Positions 12,520-24,690 of a stretch of DNA of 64,000 nt are shown in pieces. Under the pieces are notes generated by a model. The model made no database searches, was not told the DNA's origin, and worked only from the letters and a program-made list of their open reading frames with translations. How positions within the stretch are numbered: position 1 is the first letter of the stretch; every line of letters begins with the position of its first letter. The stretch comes from Vicugna vicugna (lineage: Eukaryota). The translations under genes and the position numbers were made by a program. The stretch lies in the NCBI GenBank assembly GCA_013265495.1, contig MU058456.1, positions 248,001 to 312,000 on the forward strand, written 5' to 3'.

Positions 12520-12842
12520 TTTAAAAATGCATATTTATTATTTTTTCCTGTTTTTTAAAATTATGTTTTCTTCCTGTTTTATTGAGGTATAACTGACATA
12601 TAGCACTGTGTAATTTTAAGGTGTACAGTATAATGATTTGCCTTACATCTTAGAATGACTATCGCAATAAGTTTAGTGATCACTCATCAGCTCATATAGA
12701 TACAAAATTAAAGAAATCAGAAAAAATTTTCCTTGTGATGAGAACTCTTGGGATTTTCTCTCTTAACCACTTTCATATCTAACATACAGCAGGGTTAACT
12801 ATACTTACCGTGTTGCGCATTACATCCCAAGTACTTACTTAT
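12520..12842 (-). mobile_element. LINE-1 3'UTR fragment (older laurasiatherian/L1MA-type)
   Basis: tttattgaggtataactgacatatagcactgtgtaattttaaggtgtacag...ccttgtgatgagaactctt...cattacatccc. Possible TSD ttgagtctttactg (12503) / ttgagcttttactg (12843). Confidence 0.85.
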
Positions 12843-12899
12843 TTGAGCTTTTACTGTTGACTTTTGTTTTTCTCTTATTTCATGACAGCTGTCATTTAA

Positions 12900-12990
12900 G
12901 ATCAACATTTATTGAGCAGTGGGATATACAAATATAATTAAGACATGCTGCCTGCCCTCAAGGAACTCATGATGTAGTAGGAAATAAGTA
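12900..12990 (-). mobile_element. LINE-2 3' fragment
   Basis: caacatttattgagc...aagacatgctgcctgccctcaaggaactcatgatgtagtagg = antisense L2 end. Confidence 0.6.
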
Positions 12991-12999
12991 TAAGGTGTG

Positions 13000-13175
13000 C
13001 TGTAACCTTTAACATGTTTCTGAAAACATTATCCTACACCATGTGTGAAGTAGGGGAGGCAGATGATGATCTGACGTGAAGAATGACACAGCAGAAACTC
13101 GGAGGTATTAAGTCCAGACTCGCGTAGCGAATAAGTGATAGACCAGAGCTGGAACCTGGGTTTTGATTCCGTCTA
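13000..13175 (-). mobile_element. MIR SINE fragment
   Basis: gaaactcggaggtattaagt...taagtgatagaccagagctggaacctggg. Confidence 0.5.
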
Positions 13176-14494
13176 ATCCCCTTCCTACTTCCTCCTACAC
13201 CCACCCTGGGTGTGTCACTCCCACTCGAAGCACATTCCCAGAAAGAGAAAGTATTCTGAAAGTCATTGGATTGGTCCTAGAAATGGAAGAAATTCACCAG
13301 CTCTCGGGGAAAAGAACACGTTATGGTAGACAGTAGCTTTCTTCCTTACCTTTTCTCTTAAAAAGCAGTGTCCACATCCACGTCAGCCCCGCAAGTCACA
13401 TCAGGACAATTTTCAGGAGAACTGTTCTCCAGGAGATGCTTCAGTTTACTTTGGGTTAGCTGGATGTGAGCGCGCACTTTGTGAAGGTTGTTACCCTCTT
13501 CTTGGGTAAACTTTTAAGCAAATATTACTTGTGAGAGCTGAGTGAGTGCTGATACACCCAAAGCTCAAAAAATGTTTACTGAAATCCCACTAGGTAAATT
13601 ATATGATAAAATCTATTTTAGATACAATTCACTATTTTTCAAAGCTTATGTTGACTTTTCCTGGTAGGAGGTAGCCAACGAGAAAGACAGGACACATGAA
13701 TATACAAAGCCTGTGAGGTGGTGTAATCTTAGAAAACAGAGGCAGCAGAGCAGACCATGAGTTGCTGTTCAGCACTTCCCAAACCAGGTTCCCATGGCAC
13801 AGCTTCATTTTCTTTATTCAAGGCTTCGTGCAGTGCAGAATGGCCATCAGCCATATTGAAGTGTATGTGCATGTACTTCTGTATTCAGAGCCACAAGGCA
13901 AAGAAGTGGAGAGAAGCTTTAAGTCATTACGGAGCTGCTGATCAAACGGTCCCTGAAAATGGCCCTGCTTCTAGTCTTGCTTCCTTATTGTTGGATCAGA
14001 CTGATTTGAGGCTTTTGGTTATTTGCACAAAATCCAAAACATAACAAATGAGAGAACACTTATCTACAATTTTGGGTTGTCTGTTTTACTGCACTGTCCC
14101 ATTAGCACAAATAATGGAGAACTGGACGGTTCTGGGATTTCTGATTTGGACAGTGCTACAGTGCTGTGTATAGATTATCAAAAACTGGGGAGATTGTTTC
14201 TCTGCTCTGGTCCCAGATAAATGTGTGAAAGTTGTGTGTGTATTAGATTGTGGCAAAAAAGTCATGGTGGTTGGTATAAATTAACCAGCCCCTGGCATGG
14301 TGCCTGGCATGAATGCTCAATAACTGTTTGTTGACTGTCTAACTGCAGATTCAATAAATATTTGACTAATAATGTAGTTTACATTGTGATTTCTCTCTTG
14401 AAGCCTTCACCATGACATTAAATACTTATTCTCATATGGCTTAAATATGTCTTATCCTAGTACTTGGTTTTGATAAATAATAACATTATTGTTT

Positions 14495-14640
14495 GAGAAT
14501 AATAATAATAATAATAATTTATTATTTTCTAGGTGCTAGGATCTGTGCTGAGTGTTTTACATGTGTTATTTCATTTCATCTTTAGAACTGTATAAGGTAT
14601 TATTATCCCCATTTTGTTAGTGAGAAAGTTGGAGCTGAAA
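14495..14640 (-). mobile_element. MIR SINE with (AAT)n tail
   Basis: (aat)6 then tgctaggatctgtgctgagtgttttacatgtgttatttcatt...ttattatccccattttgttagtgagaaa. Confidence 0.75.
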
Positions 14641-14659
14641 ATACTCTGATGAAAATATT

Positions 14660-14987
14660 CTTAACTTTATATATATTTAAATTAATTAATCTTTTATTTA
14701 TAAACAATGCCATACGTGTCTTCTTTAAGAAATCTTTCCCTATTATAAGGTCTGAAATATATTCACCTCGATTTTCTTCTAAAAGTTTTAACGTTTTGTT
14801 TTTGACATGTAAGACTTTTAAATTCATCTGGAGTTAATTTTTTTTTTCATTGAGAGATAGTCAGTTTACAATGTTGTGTAGAGTTAATTTTTATATGTGG
14901 GATCACTTAGGGATTCCTTTTTATTTCCTATGTAATTATTATTTTATTTTCTAGCTCTATTTAGTTGAGTTTCTCCTTTCCGCACTG
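14660..14987 (-). mobile_element. Old LINE-1 (L1M) ORF2 fragment
   Basis: Minus-strand ORF 14603-14827 reads LHVKNKTLKLLEENRGEYISDLIIGKDFLKK, which resembles L1 ORF2 (LNVK..TIKLLEENIGE.L.DLG.GKDFL). Confidence 0.8.
14843..14880 (-). mobile_element. Ultra-short (38 bp) L1 3'-end insertion with 12-bp TSD
   Basis: tttttcattgagagatagtcagtttacaatgttgtgta flanked by perfect gagttaattttt at 14831-14842 and 14881-14892. Confidence 0.85.
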
Positions 14988-15357
14988 CTAACTTGGACTT
15001 AACATCAGTGATCCATATCTGCATTCACATAATGAGTTATCATATGGCAGTTTAAAATACATCACCTGTATGCAAAGGTATGAATGAATCATTGCAATAT
15101 GATGGATTAATGATGAGAATGTGTCAAGAACCAAGGATAGTGATGAACTGAATTCTGTCAGTTTGAGGTCTCAGGGGAAAACAAACAGACAAACCCAAGG
15201 TTAAATGATTTGCCCAAGCTTGCTTGTCTGGGAAAGTGGTAGAACTGGAACTCAAAAACCATTCATCCAACTCCAGTTGCCAAGCTTCTCCATTAGACAG
15301 CGTGGTACAGTCAAGTCACAATCTTTCTAGAAGCCTGTCGTTCCTTATTAAGATATT
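14984..15357 (+). repeat. Local dispersed duplication, copy A (paralog at 28959-29332); contains an antisense MIR piece
   Basis: Colinear similarity from actgctaact...acatcagtgatcc...tatgaatgaatcattgcaatatga...to attaagatatt with copy B. Confidence 0.9.
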
Positions 15358-15679
15358 GGCACCTAATCTTCTATTATTCCCGTTATCTTAGCACTTGAGA
15401 TGCGTCTATTATTCTAACTGGTAGACAGAATACCATATAAAGTTAGAAGGCTCTCTATCTCACTCCCTTCTTGAATCCTCAAGGTCCTCAAACCGTTAGT
15501 TATCCCTATTCATATTCTACCGCTGTTTCTTCCAGGTTCCTTTCCATCAGTGAAAATGCTTCAATTCTCAAGTTTGCTTGGATATACTTACATCTTTGCC
15601 TCTTGATTGAAGAAGCACAAAACCCCTCTGACCACTTCCACATGCTCTCTCGGTGCTCAGTCTGTTCTGTCATAGTTCT

Positions 15680-15810
15680 AGCTGTTTGCATCCTTCTCTA
15701 CAGGAAGCCCTGTGGAAGCAGAGCCCCATTCACGGTCGTACCTCGTATCTGGCCCACCGACCAACACATAGCAGCCCTCAGTTGATGCTGGTCTAATAAA
15801 TGAAGAAAGG
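15680..15810 (+). mobile_element. LINE-2 3' tail fragment
   Basis: gaagccctgtggaagcagag...acacatagcagccctcagttgatgctggtctaataaatgaa. Confidence 0.5.
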
Positions 15811-15937
15811 TGATATACTTATGACTCACTATTTCTAGTTTCTGTCTCTCATCAGCTCTTGAAAGAGTCCTGTACTAAGTTGGGGGAATTTAAAGTTACT
15901 TTAGACAGGTAGCTGACGATTTAATGGACCAGCATTA

Positions 15938-16262
15938 TTTATTTATCTTTTTTATTGACATGTAGTCAGTTTACAATGTTGCATCAACTTCTAGTGTACA
16001 GCATAATGCTTCAGTCATATTTATACATACATATATTCGTTTCCGTATTCTTTTTCATTATAGGTGCTACAAGATACTGAACAGAGTCCCCTGTGCTATA
16101 CAGTATAAACTCGTTGTTTATATATAGTAGTTAGTATCTGCAAATTTCAAACTCCCAATTTATCCTTTCCCACCCCCTTTCCCTGCTGGTTAACTGTACA
16201 TTTGTCTTCTATGTCTGTGAGTCTGTTTCTGTTTTGTAAATAAGTTCAATTGTATCTTTAAG
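15938..16262 (-). mobile_element. 5'-truncated LINE-1 3' end
   Basis: tttttattgacatgtagtcagtttacaatgttg...ttctatgtctgtgagtctgtttctgttttgtaaataagttc. TSD ccagcatta at 15929-15937 and 16263-16271. Confidence 0.9.
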
Positions 16263-16984
16263 CCAGCATTACTGACAAGCACACAGCAATCATGTTTTCA
16301 CTTCTAGCAACTGGGTTCTCACTTCATTCCTCATTAATAAGCTTCTGCCTTTTATCTCAGTTCCAGTAAACAGATCCCTAATCGGTTCCTCCGGCAACTC
16401 CAGGGGACAGGAGCCCTGAAATGAGCCTTTGTCCTCCTGACTGAGTCCCTGCCTGAGACATACCCATGATGCTGTTCTGCCCTCAACCCATGGACTTCTC
16501 TGTGCAGTGTGAGCCCAGACTCCCCGACATGTGATCTCATTCTTATTCTTGCCTCCTGCTGGGGCCTTGCAGGGAGCCACCCTATCCCATAGGTGTCCAG
16601 CCTCTGAGTCCACTCACCCTTCTCCATGCAAGTGCCTGTTCTAACATGCTGCTGAGCCCCAGAGGGACCTGGCCACCATCTAGAATGTCCTTAGAATCCT
16701 CAGGAAGAACCACGGATGCCCGATTCTTGAGTTGCATGAAGATGGTTCCAGGAGAGAAGCAGAGAGGAAGGTCCCAGGAAACTGCAGTAGCCAGTGCTGC
16801 TCTAGGCCCCACACCCTGACCGGAGAGAAGACAGTCAGAGTGGGAGTGGATGGCCCAATCTGAGGAGGCCCAAGTTTTTTTGGGGGTTTGTGCGTAGCAT
16901 ATCTTATTCATCTTCTTCTCCCGAACACCTGCCACAGAGCAGGGGACAGATAGTCAGTCAGGAGATGTGATGGAATGGCATGAA

Positions 16985-17130
16985 CACATTCCAGCCCAAG
17001 CTGTGATCCTAACACTGTGCGATGTTGAACTAGTCGGTTCACCTCTGAACTTCAATTTTCCCATCTGTTAAGTGTGGATCATGGTGACTCTCATACTGTT
17101 GCTTCAAGGATGAAATACTTTAATGTACTT
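16985..17130 (+). mobile_element. MIR SINE fragment
   Basis: ctgtgcgatgttgaactagtcggttcacctctgaacttcaattttcccatctgttaagtgtggat...aaggatgaaat. Confidence 0.6.
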
Positions 17131-17424
17131 GGGGACGTGACATCAGTAGCACCCTGTTTTTCTTAGCATGCCCTTCTATTAGTCAGAAGTTTTAAATGTG
17201 CATCCCACTACACACACACACACGACACACGAGTTCTATTATATATTTACGTAGTATTTTTAATGGATGAGACATAAATAATATATTCTAATAATTGTAA
17301 TATATTCTTCCTGTAACCAGTGAATAACCTTGTGTGCCCTTGGGGTGTGTTTTTTTTACTTTGAAGATCATTATTTTAAAGTCTGATCTATACTCAAGGG
17401 GCAAGAGATAGGATGTTGAACTGC

Positions 17425-18289
17425 TCTTACGATACTTCTGACACCAAACGCATGGTATCTTTTCCCAGCACCACTTCAACCCTCTGACACTAGCTGGGTG
17501 TCCCACAGTTCCATTCCATTTTGACACTGTCTACCTGGAGTTAGCATCAGATCCCATAAGTTAAAGGCTTAGTCCCATAAGACTGCCCCCACTTCAGATG
17601 CCAGTCACAAGTCTGAGATTGTCACTGGTGCTTCTGACCAATCAGCTATGAATTCAGGGTTCCCACAATCCCCTCTTTAGGTTTGATGATTTGCTAGATT
17701 GATTTACAGATCTCAGGAAAGTGCTTTCTTACTATTACTGGTTTAGTATAGAGGATGCAACTCAGGAACAGCCAAATGGAGGCGCTGCATTGGTCAGGGT
17801 TTGGGGAAGGGACACAGATCTTCCACGCCCCGTCTAGGCACGACAACTTCCCAGCATCTTGATGTGTTCACCAACCTGGAAACTCCCCAAACTCCACTGT
17901 ACAGGGGTTTTTTATGGAGGTTTCATTCCATAGGCATAATTTATTAAATCATTGGCCATTAGTGACTGATTTCAATCTTCAGCCACTTTCAACAATCTCC
18001 CCTTCCCAAAGGTGGTGGTGGTGGTGGTGGTGGTGGTGGTACTGCTGCTGAAAGTTCCAACCCCCTGATCACATGGTTGGTTTCTTTGGCAACCAGCCCC
18101 CATCCTGAAGCTATCTAGGGAACCATCAAGAATCACCTCATTATCATAAACTCAGGTAGGGTTGAAAGTGGCTTGCTATGAATAACAAAAGAAACTGTTA
18201 CCTACCACTTAGGAAGGTCTGAGGGTTCTAGAAGCTCTTTGTCAGGAACCAGGGACAAAGACGAAATATATATTTCTCATTATATCACA
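17425..18289 (-). mobile_element. MER21-family LTR (solo LTR)
   Basis: ttctgacacc...ctacctggagttagcatcagatccc...aagactgcccccacttcagatgcc...ttattaaatcattggccatt...atatatatttctcattatatcaca (MER21 terminus TGTGATAT on the minus strand). Confidence 0.85.
18011..18040. repeat. (GGT)10 microsatellite inside the MER21 LTR
   Basis: ggt repeated ten times without interruption. Confidence 0.95.
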
Positions 18290-18707
18290 GACATCTGTGA
18301 ATTGCTGTTCATATTAGCATTTGAGTGGCTCAAAAGTAATGTCCATTACCCACTGATGTTTGTCTGATCAATAAAGTACAACATTGCAATGATGAAAATA
18401 CACACCACTGCCCCCTCCCCATAGGATTCAGTAAAGTTAACTTCATATTAAATTTTAAAATGCTGATCATACACATTTGTATTTTTCCTGAGTTGGCTCT
18501 GAAGCAGAAAGGGTTGCTCACCAGTAGTTTAATGTCACTAGTAACCACATGTGTTTCTTGGCGATGTAAATTCTTGGGCTTGTTAAGGCAAAATGCTCCC
18601 TCGGGTACTGTAAACAGCTGGTGTGGAGGCATTACCCACATCAACAGAGAAAACTTCACTCTTCTTGCTCCATCGAAGAAGTTACCTCGGCAATAAGCTG
18701 GGGTTCG

Positions 18708-19270
18708 CACATTCCTTCATTTAACAGATACTTAGTGAGTGCCGGGCACTGGGCTCGTCCTTGGAAATAAAGATTAAACCAGAGTGATGCAGTTTTTACC
18801 TTCATGGAGTTTATATACGAACTAAGACAACAGTAACAGCAAACAAATGGAACAATGAGAGGCAGGGGGAGTCCGTGCAGGAAGTTCTCTCAGTGTTGAG
18901 ACAGAGAAGTGGGGGAGTAGGGGAAGACATGGGCCCTCCTGGGAGTCACAGAGGTTTCTGTGAAGAAGTGCCATCCATGCCAGTCAGTCTGTCTGAGGGA
19001 TGAGAAGCCCTGGGACGGGTGTGCGAGCAGCCTTGGGACAGAGGGTTGAAAAGCACAAGGTGGGGCGGGGTTCCGCAAGCCTGAGAATTGAAAGAAGGCT
19101 ATGGTGGGTGGAGACTGTGAGCCAAGGTGGGAGGGGCATGAAGCTCAGATGGAGAGGAAGACAGAGACCAGATGCTGCAGAAAGGTAGCGAACATATCGG
19201 ACTCACTTTCTGAAGTCATGGTAAAGAATCAGGATTTTATTTCAAGTGCAATAAGAGGTCACTGAAGGAC
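18708..19270 (-). mobile_element. LINE-2 fragment
   Basis: cattccttcatttaacagatacttagtgagtgcc...ccttcatggagtttata...catggtaaagaatcaggattttatttcaagtgcaataagaggtcactgaagg = antisense L2 3' region. Confidence 0.75.
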
Positions 19271-19413
19271 AGGAGAGGCAGTGGGTAGGGAATCTGCTGC
19301 GAGCAGTGAGTTGCAAGCATGGAACTGGGGGATGCTCTACCTGTTAGTAGGTATGTGGGTCTGAGTCAAACCTCAAGCACGCTGCAGAAATGTAACTTAA
19401 AATCTCTTTTTCT

Positions 19414-20240
19414 TTTTTTTTTTTTTAACATTTTTATTGATTCATAATCATTTTACAGTGTTGTGTCAAATTCCAGTGTTCAGTACAATTTTTCAGTCAT
19501 ACATGGACATATACACTCATTGTCACATTTTTTTCTCTGTGATTTATCATAACATTTTGTGTATATTTCCCTGTGCTATACAGTGTAATCTTGTTTATCT
19601 GTTCTACAATTTTGAAATCCCAGTCTATCCCTTCCCACCCTCTACCCCGCCCCCCACCCCAGTAACCACAAGTCTGTATTCTCAGTCCATGAGTCCATTT
19701 CTGTCCTGTATTTATGCTTTGTTTTTGTTTGTTTGTTTGTTTTTGTTTTTTAGATTCCACATATGAGCGATCTCATATGGTATTTTTCTTTCTCTTTCTG
19801 GCTTACTTCACTTAGAATGACATTCTCTAGGAGCATCCATGTTGCTGCAAATGGCATTATGTTGTCGGTTTTTATGGCTGAGTAGTATTCCATTGTATAA
19901 ATATACCACCTCTTCTTTATCCAGTCACCTGTTGATGGACATTTAGGCTGTTTCCATGTTTTGGCTATTGTAAATAGTGCTGCTATGAACATTGGGGTGC
20001 AGGTGTCATCCTGAAGTAGATTTCCTTCTGGGTACAAGCCCAGGAGTGGGATTCCTGGGTCATATGGTAAGTCTATTCCTAGTCTTTTGAGGAATCTCCA
20101 CACTGTTTTCCATAGTGGCTGCACCAAACTGCATTCCCACCAGCAGTGTAGGAGGGTTCCCCTTTCTCCACAGCCTCTCCAGCATTTGTCATTTTTGGAT
20201 TTTTGAATGACGGCCATTCTGACTGGTGTGAGGTGATACC
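19414..20240 (-). mobile_element. Young 5'-truncated LINE-1 (3'UTR plus ORF2 C-terminus)
   Basis: polyT tail at 19414. Minus ORF reads YHLTPVRMA...[19 protein letters not shown]...[13 protein letters not shown]...SLICGI* (CCHC region of ORF2), open to its stop. Weak possible TSD aaaatctctttttct / aaaatatttttttct. Confidence 0.95.
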
Positions 20241-20740
20241 AAAAATATTTTTTTCTGTAACAGTTTAGCTTTCTATAACAAACCCCCATCCTTCTGGGTA
20301 ATGGACACTATGCCTAGAGTCTAGACTGTAGACAATTCAAGATAAACTCTGTTACTTTACTGTTTGCTTTGTCTCTTAAGGATGTTTCCCCTCTTCTTTC
20401 TCTGTCTCTTTCCCCTGGAGATGCTTTAAGTTCTGGGGTTCATTTACACATCCTCCCAGCCCTGAGGAGCTGGATTCTGCTTCACGGGCCTCATCAGCCT
20501 CTCTACCTAGTGGCTCTCCTGAGATGAATAGTCCCTCTTGGACTTTCATCATCTTTTCTCACTCTTGTCAGTTTCTTGCAAATCAAAAATGCCTTGGCTA
20601 TTGAGACCACCAGCTCAAACATGAAATAAAGAATATCTACTTAGAAACTCAGTTGAATTCTGTCTCCTACTTTCACTGTCGTATGTGTACATACTTGCCA
20701 CTCAGAGCCATGAATGAATGCTGTTGGCTCTTTGGCAGTG

Positions 20741-21347
20741 TTTGTTTGTTTATTTATTTAGTTGAAGTATGGTTGATTCATTTGAAGTATGGTGTTCATT
20801 TCTGGTGCACAGCATAGTGATTCAGTTATACACACACATATATTCTTTTTCAGATTCCTTTTTCATTATAGGTTATTACAAGTTATTGAATATAGTTGCC
20901 TGTCCCATTAGGACCTTGTCATTTATCTATTTTATATATAGTAGTTTGTATCTGTTAATCCCAAACTCCTAACTTATCCCTTCTCACCCCCTTTCCCTCC
21001 TTTGTTTTCTATGTCTGTGAGTCTGTTTCTGTTTTGTAAATGAGTTCATTAGTGTCTTTTTTTTTTTTAGATTCCACATATAAGTGATATCATATGATAT
21101 TTGTCTTTGTCTGGCTGCTTCACTTAGTATGGTCATCTCTAGGTCCATCCACATTGCTGCAAATGGTAAAATTTTATTATTTTCTATGGGTGAGTAGTAT
21201 TCCATTGTATATATATACCTCATCTTCTTTATTCAGTCATCTGTTGATGGACACTCAAGTTGCTTCCATGTCTTGGCTATTGTAAATGGTGCTACTATGA
21301 ACATTGAGATGTAGGTATCTTTTTGAATTAGAGTTTTCTTCAGATTA
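20741..21347 (-). mobile_element. 5'-truncated LINE-1 3' end
   Basis: L1 3'UTR plus degraded ORF2 end (YTMEYYSPIENNKILPFAAMWMDLE). Possible TSD tgttggctctttggcagtg (20722) / tgttagctctttgggtagtg (21350). Confidence 0.9.
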
Positions 21348-22057
21348 TTTGTTAGCTCTTTGGGTAGTGGGCTTGGGGAGGAAGAGAAATATGGGGCAGA
21401 TATAATAAGGAAAAACTGGCCAATAGTATTTTTCTCTCTTTATATTTTCTTCTCATATAGCTTTGAATAGCTTCTTATGCTCTTTCCTTGTCACCTCCCC
21501 CTGTACCCCCATCTCATTGTCTATAGCAGGGAGCTGGGGCAGAAAACTAGAGAAGACATTCTTTTTTGAGGATGCATTCTTCTCAAAATGGAACATGCAG
21601 ATGTTCCTCAGAGGCTTCCATTGCATTGGGTGATTAGGACATTACATCAGGAATGCAAAGAGGAAGGAGTTGCCATGGGTCTGCTGTGGAGTGTCACCAT
21701 GAGATCTTGAGCACCAAGACAGTGTCAAGGTCTTGAGAGAAAAAGATGTTTTGAACATTTGTGAGCTAAGATCTTGGACTAACCAAAGGGCAAAGAATGT
21801 GGGCCAACAAGCTTTCTCCACTCCTGGAGATGAGGTTATAAGAGCAGAGGTGAAGAGTGGACTAGTGTCCACTTGCAGAATATGGTGCCATTGGCTTCCA
21901 GAAGAGAGTGAGAGAAGGAGTTAAAGAATAGGGCCTACTTTTCTGTCAGGGAAATAGGATTCCTTGAACAGACTTATACCTTGAAGTGCCAGGGTGTAGG
22001 GGAAGGAGAAAATCCAGTGGAAAAAGAGACAGGAGTCCTTAGGTCAGAGTTACATTT

Positions 22058-22481
22058 TGTTACTGGACATTAGGTTCTTGTCTTCCACAGGAAAGACTTC
22101 AAGAGTGAGGCACAGTAAAGTGAAAGTAAGTTTATTCAGGGAGATATACACTCCACAGACAGACTATGGGTCAGCTCAGAAGGCAAGAGAGAGAGGGACC
22201 ATGAGGTGCCTCGTTGTTAGTTTTTATGTGCTCAGTAATTTCATATGCTAATCAACTATTTTGGGAAAGAGGCAGGAATTTCCAGGAATTGGATCCATGC
22301 CCATTTTTTGGCCTTTTATGGTCAGCCTTGGAACTGTCATGGTGCCCGTGGGTATGCCATGAGGTTTGAGGTCTACCGGAAGTCGAATCTTCTGCCATCT
22401 TGGTTCTAACCAGTTAGTCCTATCCTCAATTGCTGTGTCATTCCCTCAGTGGTTGTGCCTGTCCCCTTCCCTCCTGTCTCA
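22058..22481 (-). mobile_element. Solo ERV1-type LTR (424 bp)
   Basis: Minus strand TGAGACAGGAGGGAAGGGG...CCAGTAACA termini (TG..CA), AATAAA on the minus strand near 22131, flanks attt/gttt (4-bp TSD with 1 mismatch). Confidence 0.75.
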
Positions 22482-22963
22482 GTTTCAGTTCAAACAAGAG
22501 CCAGTGTGTATTTTGTGAAAAGAGTGAGGCTTGGAGGATTCGTTTTTCACAGAGTATGTGTTCTAGGAAAGCTTAGGAGTCGGTCTTACGCAAGGAGATC
22601 GGGTCAGGAGAAATGAAGCCTATGGTTGGTAGATGAGATAGACAATCAGAGGGACTTGCATCTTGGACAAGGAGCAGGCTACAGGACTGTGAGACTTAGT
22701 GGGTTTATGTGGCCGTGAGGCTTCCACCTTCAGTAGCTGGGAAGAACTCAGGCCTCCAGAAGGGGCCTTGTCGAGAGAACCAGGGATTCCCTCCAGCAGC
22801 CTCTTGTGCCTGAAGACGCATTTATGAGACTGTGGCTCCTGGGGATGAGAATAACCGTCACAGGCAGTGTCGAGCTTTATATCCCTCAGAGCACCTTCCG
22901 CTTTACCTCGCACCTTCAAGGTACTTAGGACATGTGTCATGAATGAATAAAAATGTGCCTTCT

Positions 22964-23388
22964 CGTGTTAGTTTGCTAGGGCTGCCACAGTGGGTGGCTT
23001 CGATAACAGAAATTCATCCTGTAGTTCTAGAGCCTAAAAGCCCAAGATCAAGGTGTCCATTGGGTTGGTGCCTTGTGGGGGCTGTGGGAGAGATTCTGTC
23101 CTGGACCTTTCTCCTAGCTCAGGGGCTTTGCCAGCAATGTTTGGTGTTCGTTGGCTTGTAGGTGTTTCACCTCAATCTCTGCCTTCATGTTCAGTGGGCT
23201 TCTTCCTGTGTCTCTGTCTTCACAAAGCTGTCTTATAAAGACACTAATTGTATTGGATTAGGGGCCCACCTCATCGTAACTAATTACAGCTGCCCTGACC
23301 CTATTTCCAGGTAAAGTCACATTCTGAAGGACTGGGGCTTAGGGTTTCAGCCTATGATGTTTTGGGGATCACAATTCAACCTATAACA
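22964..23388 (-). mobile_element. MLT1 (MaLR) solo LTR, MLT1B/C-like
   Basis: gttagtttgctagggctgcc...ccaagatcaaggtgtc...cttataaagacact...attggattaggggcccacc...ccctatttcc...gtcacattctgaagg...cacaattcaacctataaca. Confidence 0.85.
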
Positions 23389-23622
23389 CCCATCTCTTTG
23401 AAATCCAACCCATCACGGCGTCCGCCAAGCACTGCCTCTTTAAGTCTAAAATATGACTTAAAGCCACCCACTTCTCCCCAGCTCGTCTTCACCTCTAATC
23501 CAGGCTGTCATCAACACTCACTCCAACTACTGCTATAGCCCACAGAGGTGGATTCACACTTCTCATGTGCAGAAGTGTAGCTTTTAAAATTTTCCTTTAG
23601 CTCTCCTGAATTTCCACCTGCA

Positions 23623-23636
23623 GTCACCATGGCAAC
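23623..23636. promoter_or_regulatory. RFX X-box motif match
   Basis: GTCACCATGGCAAC fits GTNRCC-AT-RGYAAC; function untested. Confidence 0.35.
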
Positions 23637-24444
23637 TGATGCAGGAAGCTCAGTCTAGTCACGCCCAGGTCAACTCAGTGAGATTCAGTGATTTCTCAGT
23701 TTACTTGAGTTGAAGCTCAATCAGATTCAAGTATTTCTCCCTCCCTCCTTCCCTCCCTCTCCTTGGCAAGGCAAGAGTGTTCCTTTTGGGGGGAATTCAC
23801 GGTGAAACGGCACTGAAAATGCAGGATTGGTGGTCACTCTGGGCTGCCATCCATATTCTGTAGTGCTGTCTGGTCTTGACTGTTGGCTTCTGGTGAAGAC
23901 CTTCCACTGGAATTTGCTGAAGCAGCCTGCACCCACACTGCAGGACCGTGCTGCCATCTCTAGCTGCATCTCATCCTCAGGGCCACAGCACTCATCAAGT
24001 CTATCCCTGGAACCTGGGAGAATTAGTTTGCTCTCCCTGTGGTTGCTGGGATCTACAGAACCCTGGAAGGTTGACTCCAGTCCTGATGACCTGGACACCT
24101 TGAACAGCGATTGGTCTTCTGTGGATTCATCTGCATGGTTGGCCAGTGTTCCAGAGCGCCAGGTGGAAAGTCAGCACCAGGCCCTTTTATTCCCAGATTT
24201 CCTGAAAAGTGTTTGAGGGTTCAGTTGTCTATTTCCACAGGATGCACTGTCGAGTGACTGTTACTTCACTGTCTGTCTTTAGGAGGCTCTAAGCCTTCTG
24301 TTCACCTTTGTATTCCCTGGATCTAGCCTTGTGTCTGACATACTGCAGGTGCTTGATAACCTGTCTGTTGAACGAATGCTTCTCCAGCTATCTTCTGCTG
24401 AGAGTATGTAACATCTTTGGCGGATGTCATGTCTTAGGAGTTAA

Positions 24445-24690
24445 CATAGAGTGGGTAAGCCACGGGCTTTGGAGGCAGAGCAGACCCTCGTTCAGATCGC
24501 TGCCTCACCATTTGCTAGTTGGGCCGCCTTGGGCAAGTGACTTTTGCTCAATAAGCCTGAATTTTCTCAGACATGGATGTGAAACTACTTCATAGGTCGA
24601 GATTGGGTGTAAATTAGATAATGTCTATAAAGCACTTAGCGTGCCTCCTGCTGCTTAAGGAAGTGCACTGTAAATGGCTTTTATCATTAC
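24445..24690 (+). mobile_element. Near full-length MIR SINE
   Basis: catagagtgggtaagccacgggctttggaggcagagcag...ccttgggcaagtgact...tcataggt...taaagcacttagcgtgcc...aaatggcttttatcatta. Confidence 0.8.

Noticed and set aside
21708..21727. REST/NRSE-like motif ttgagcaccaagacagtgtc
   Set aside because: Half-site spacing is one base short and core positions mismatch.
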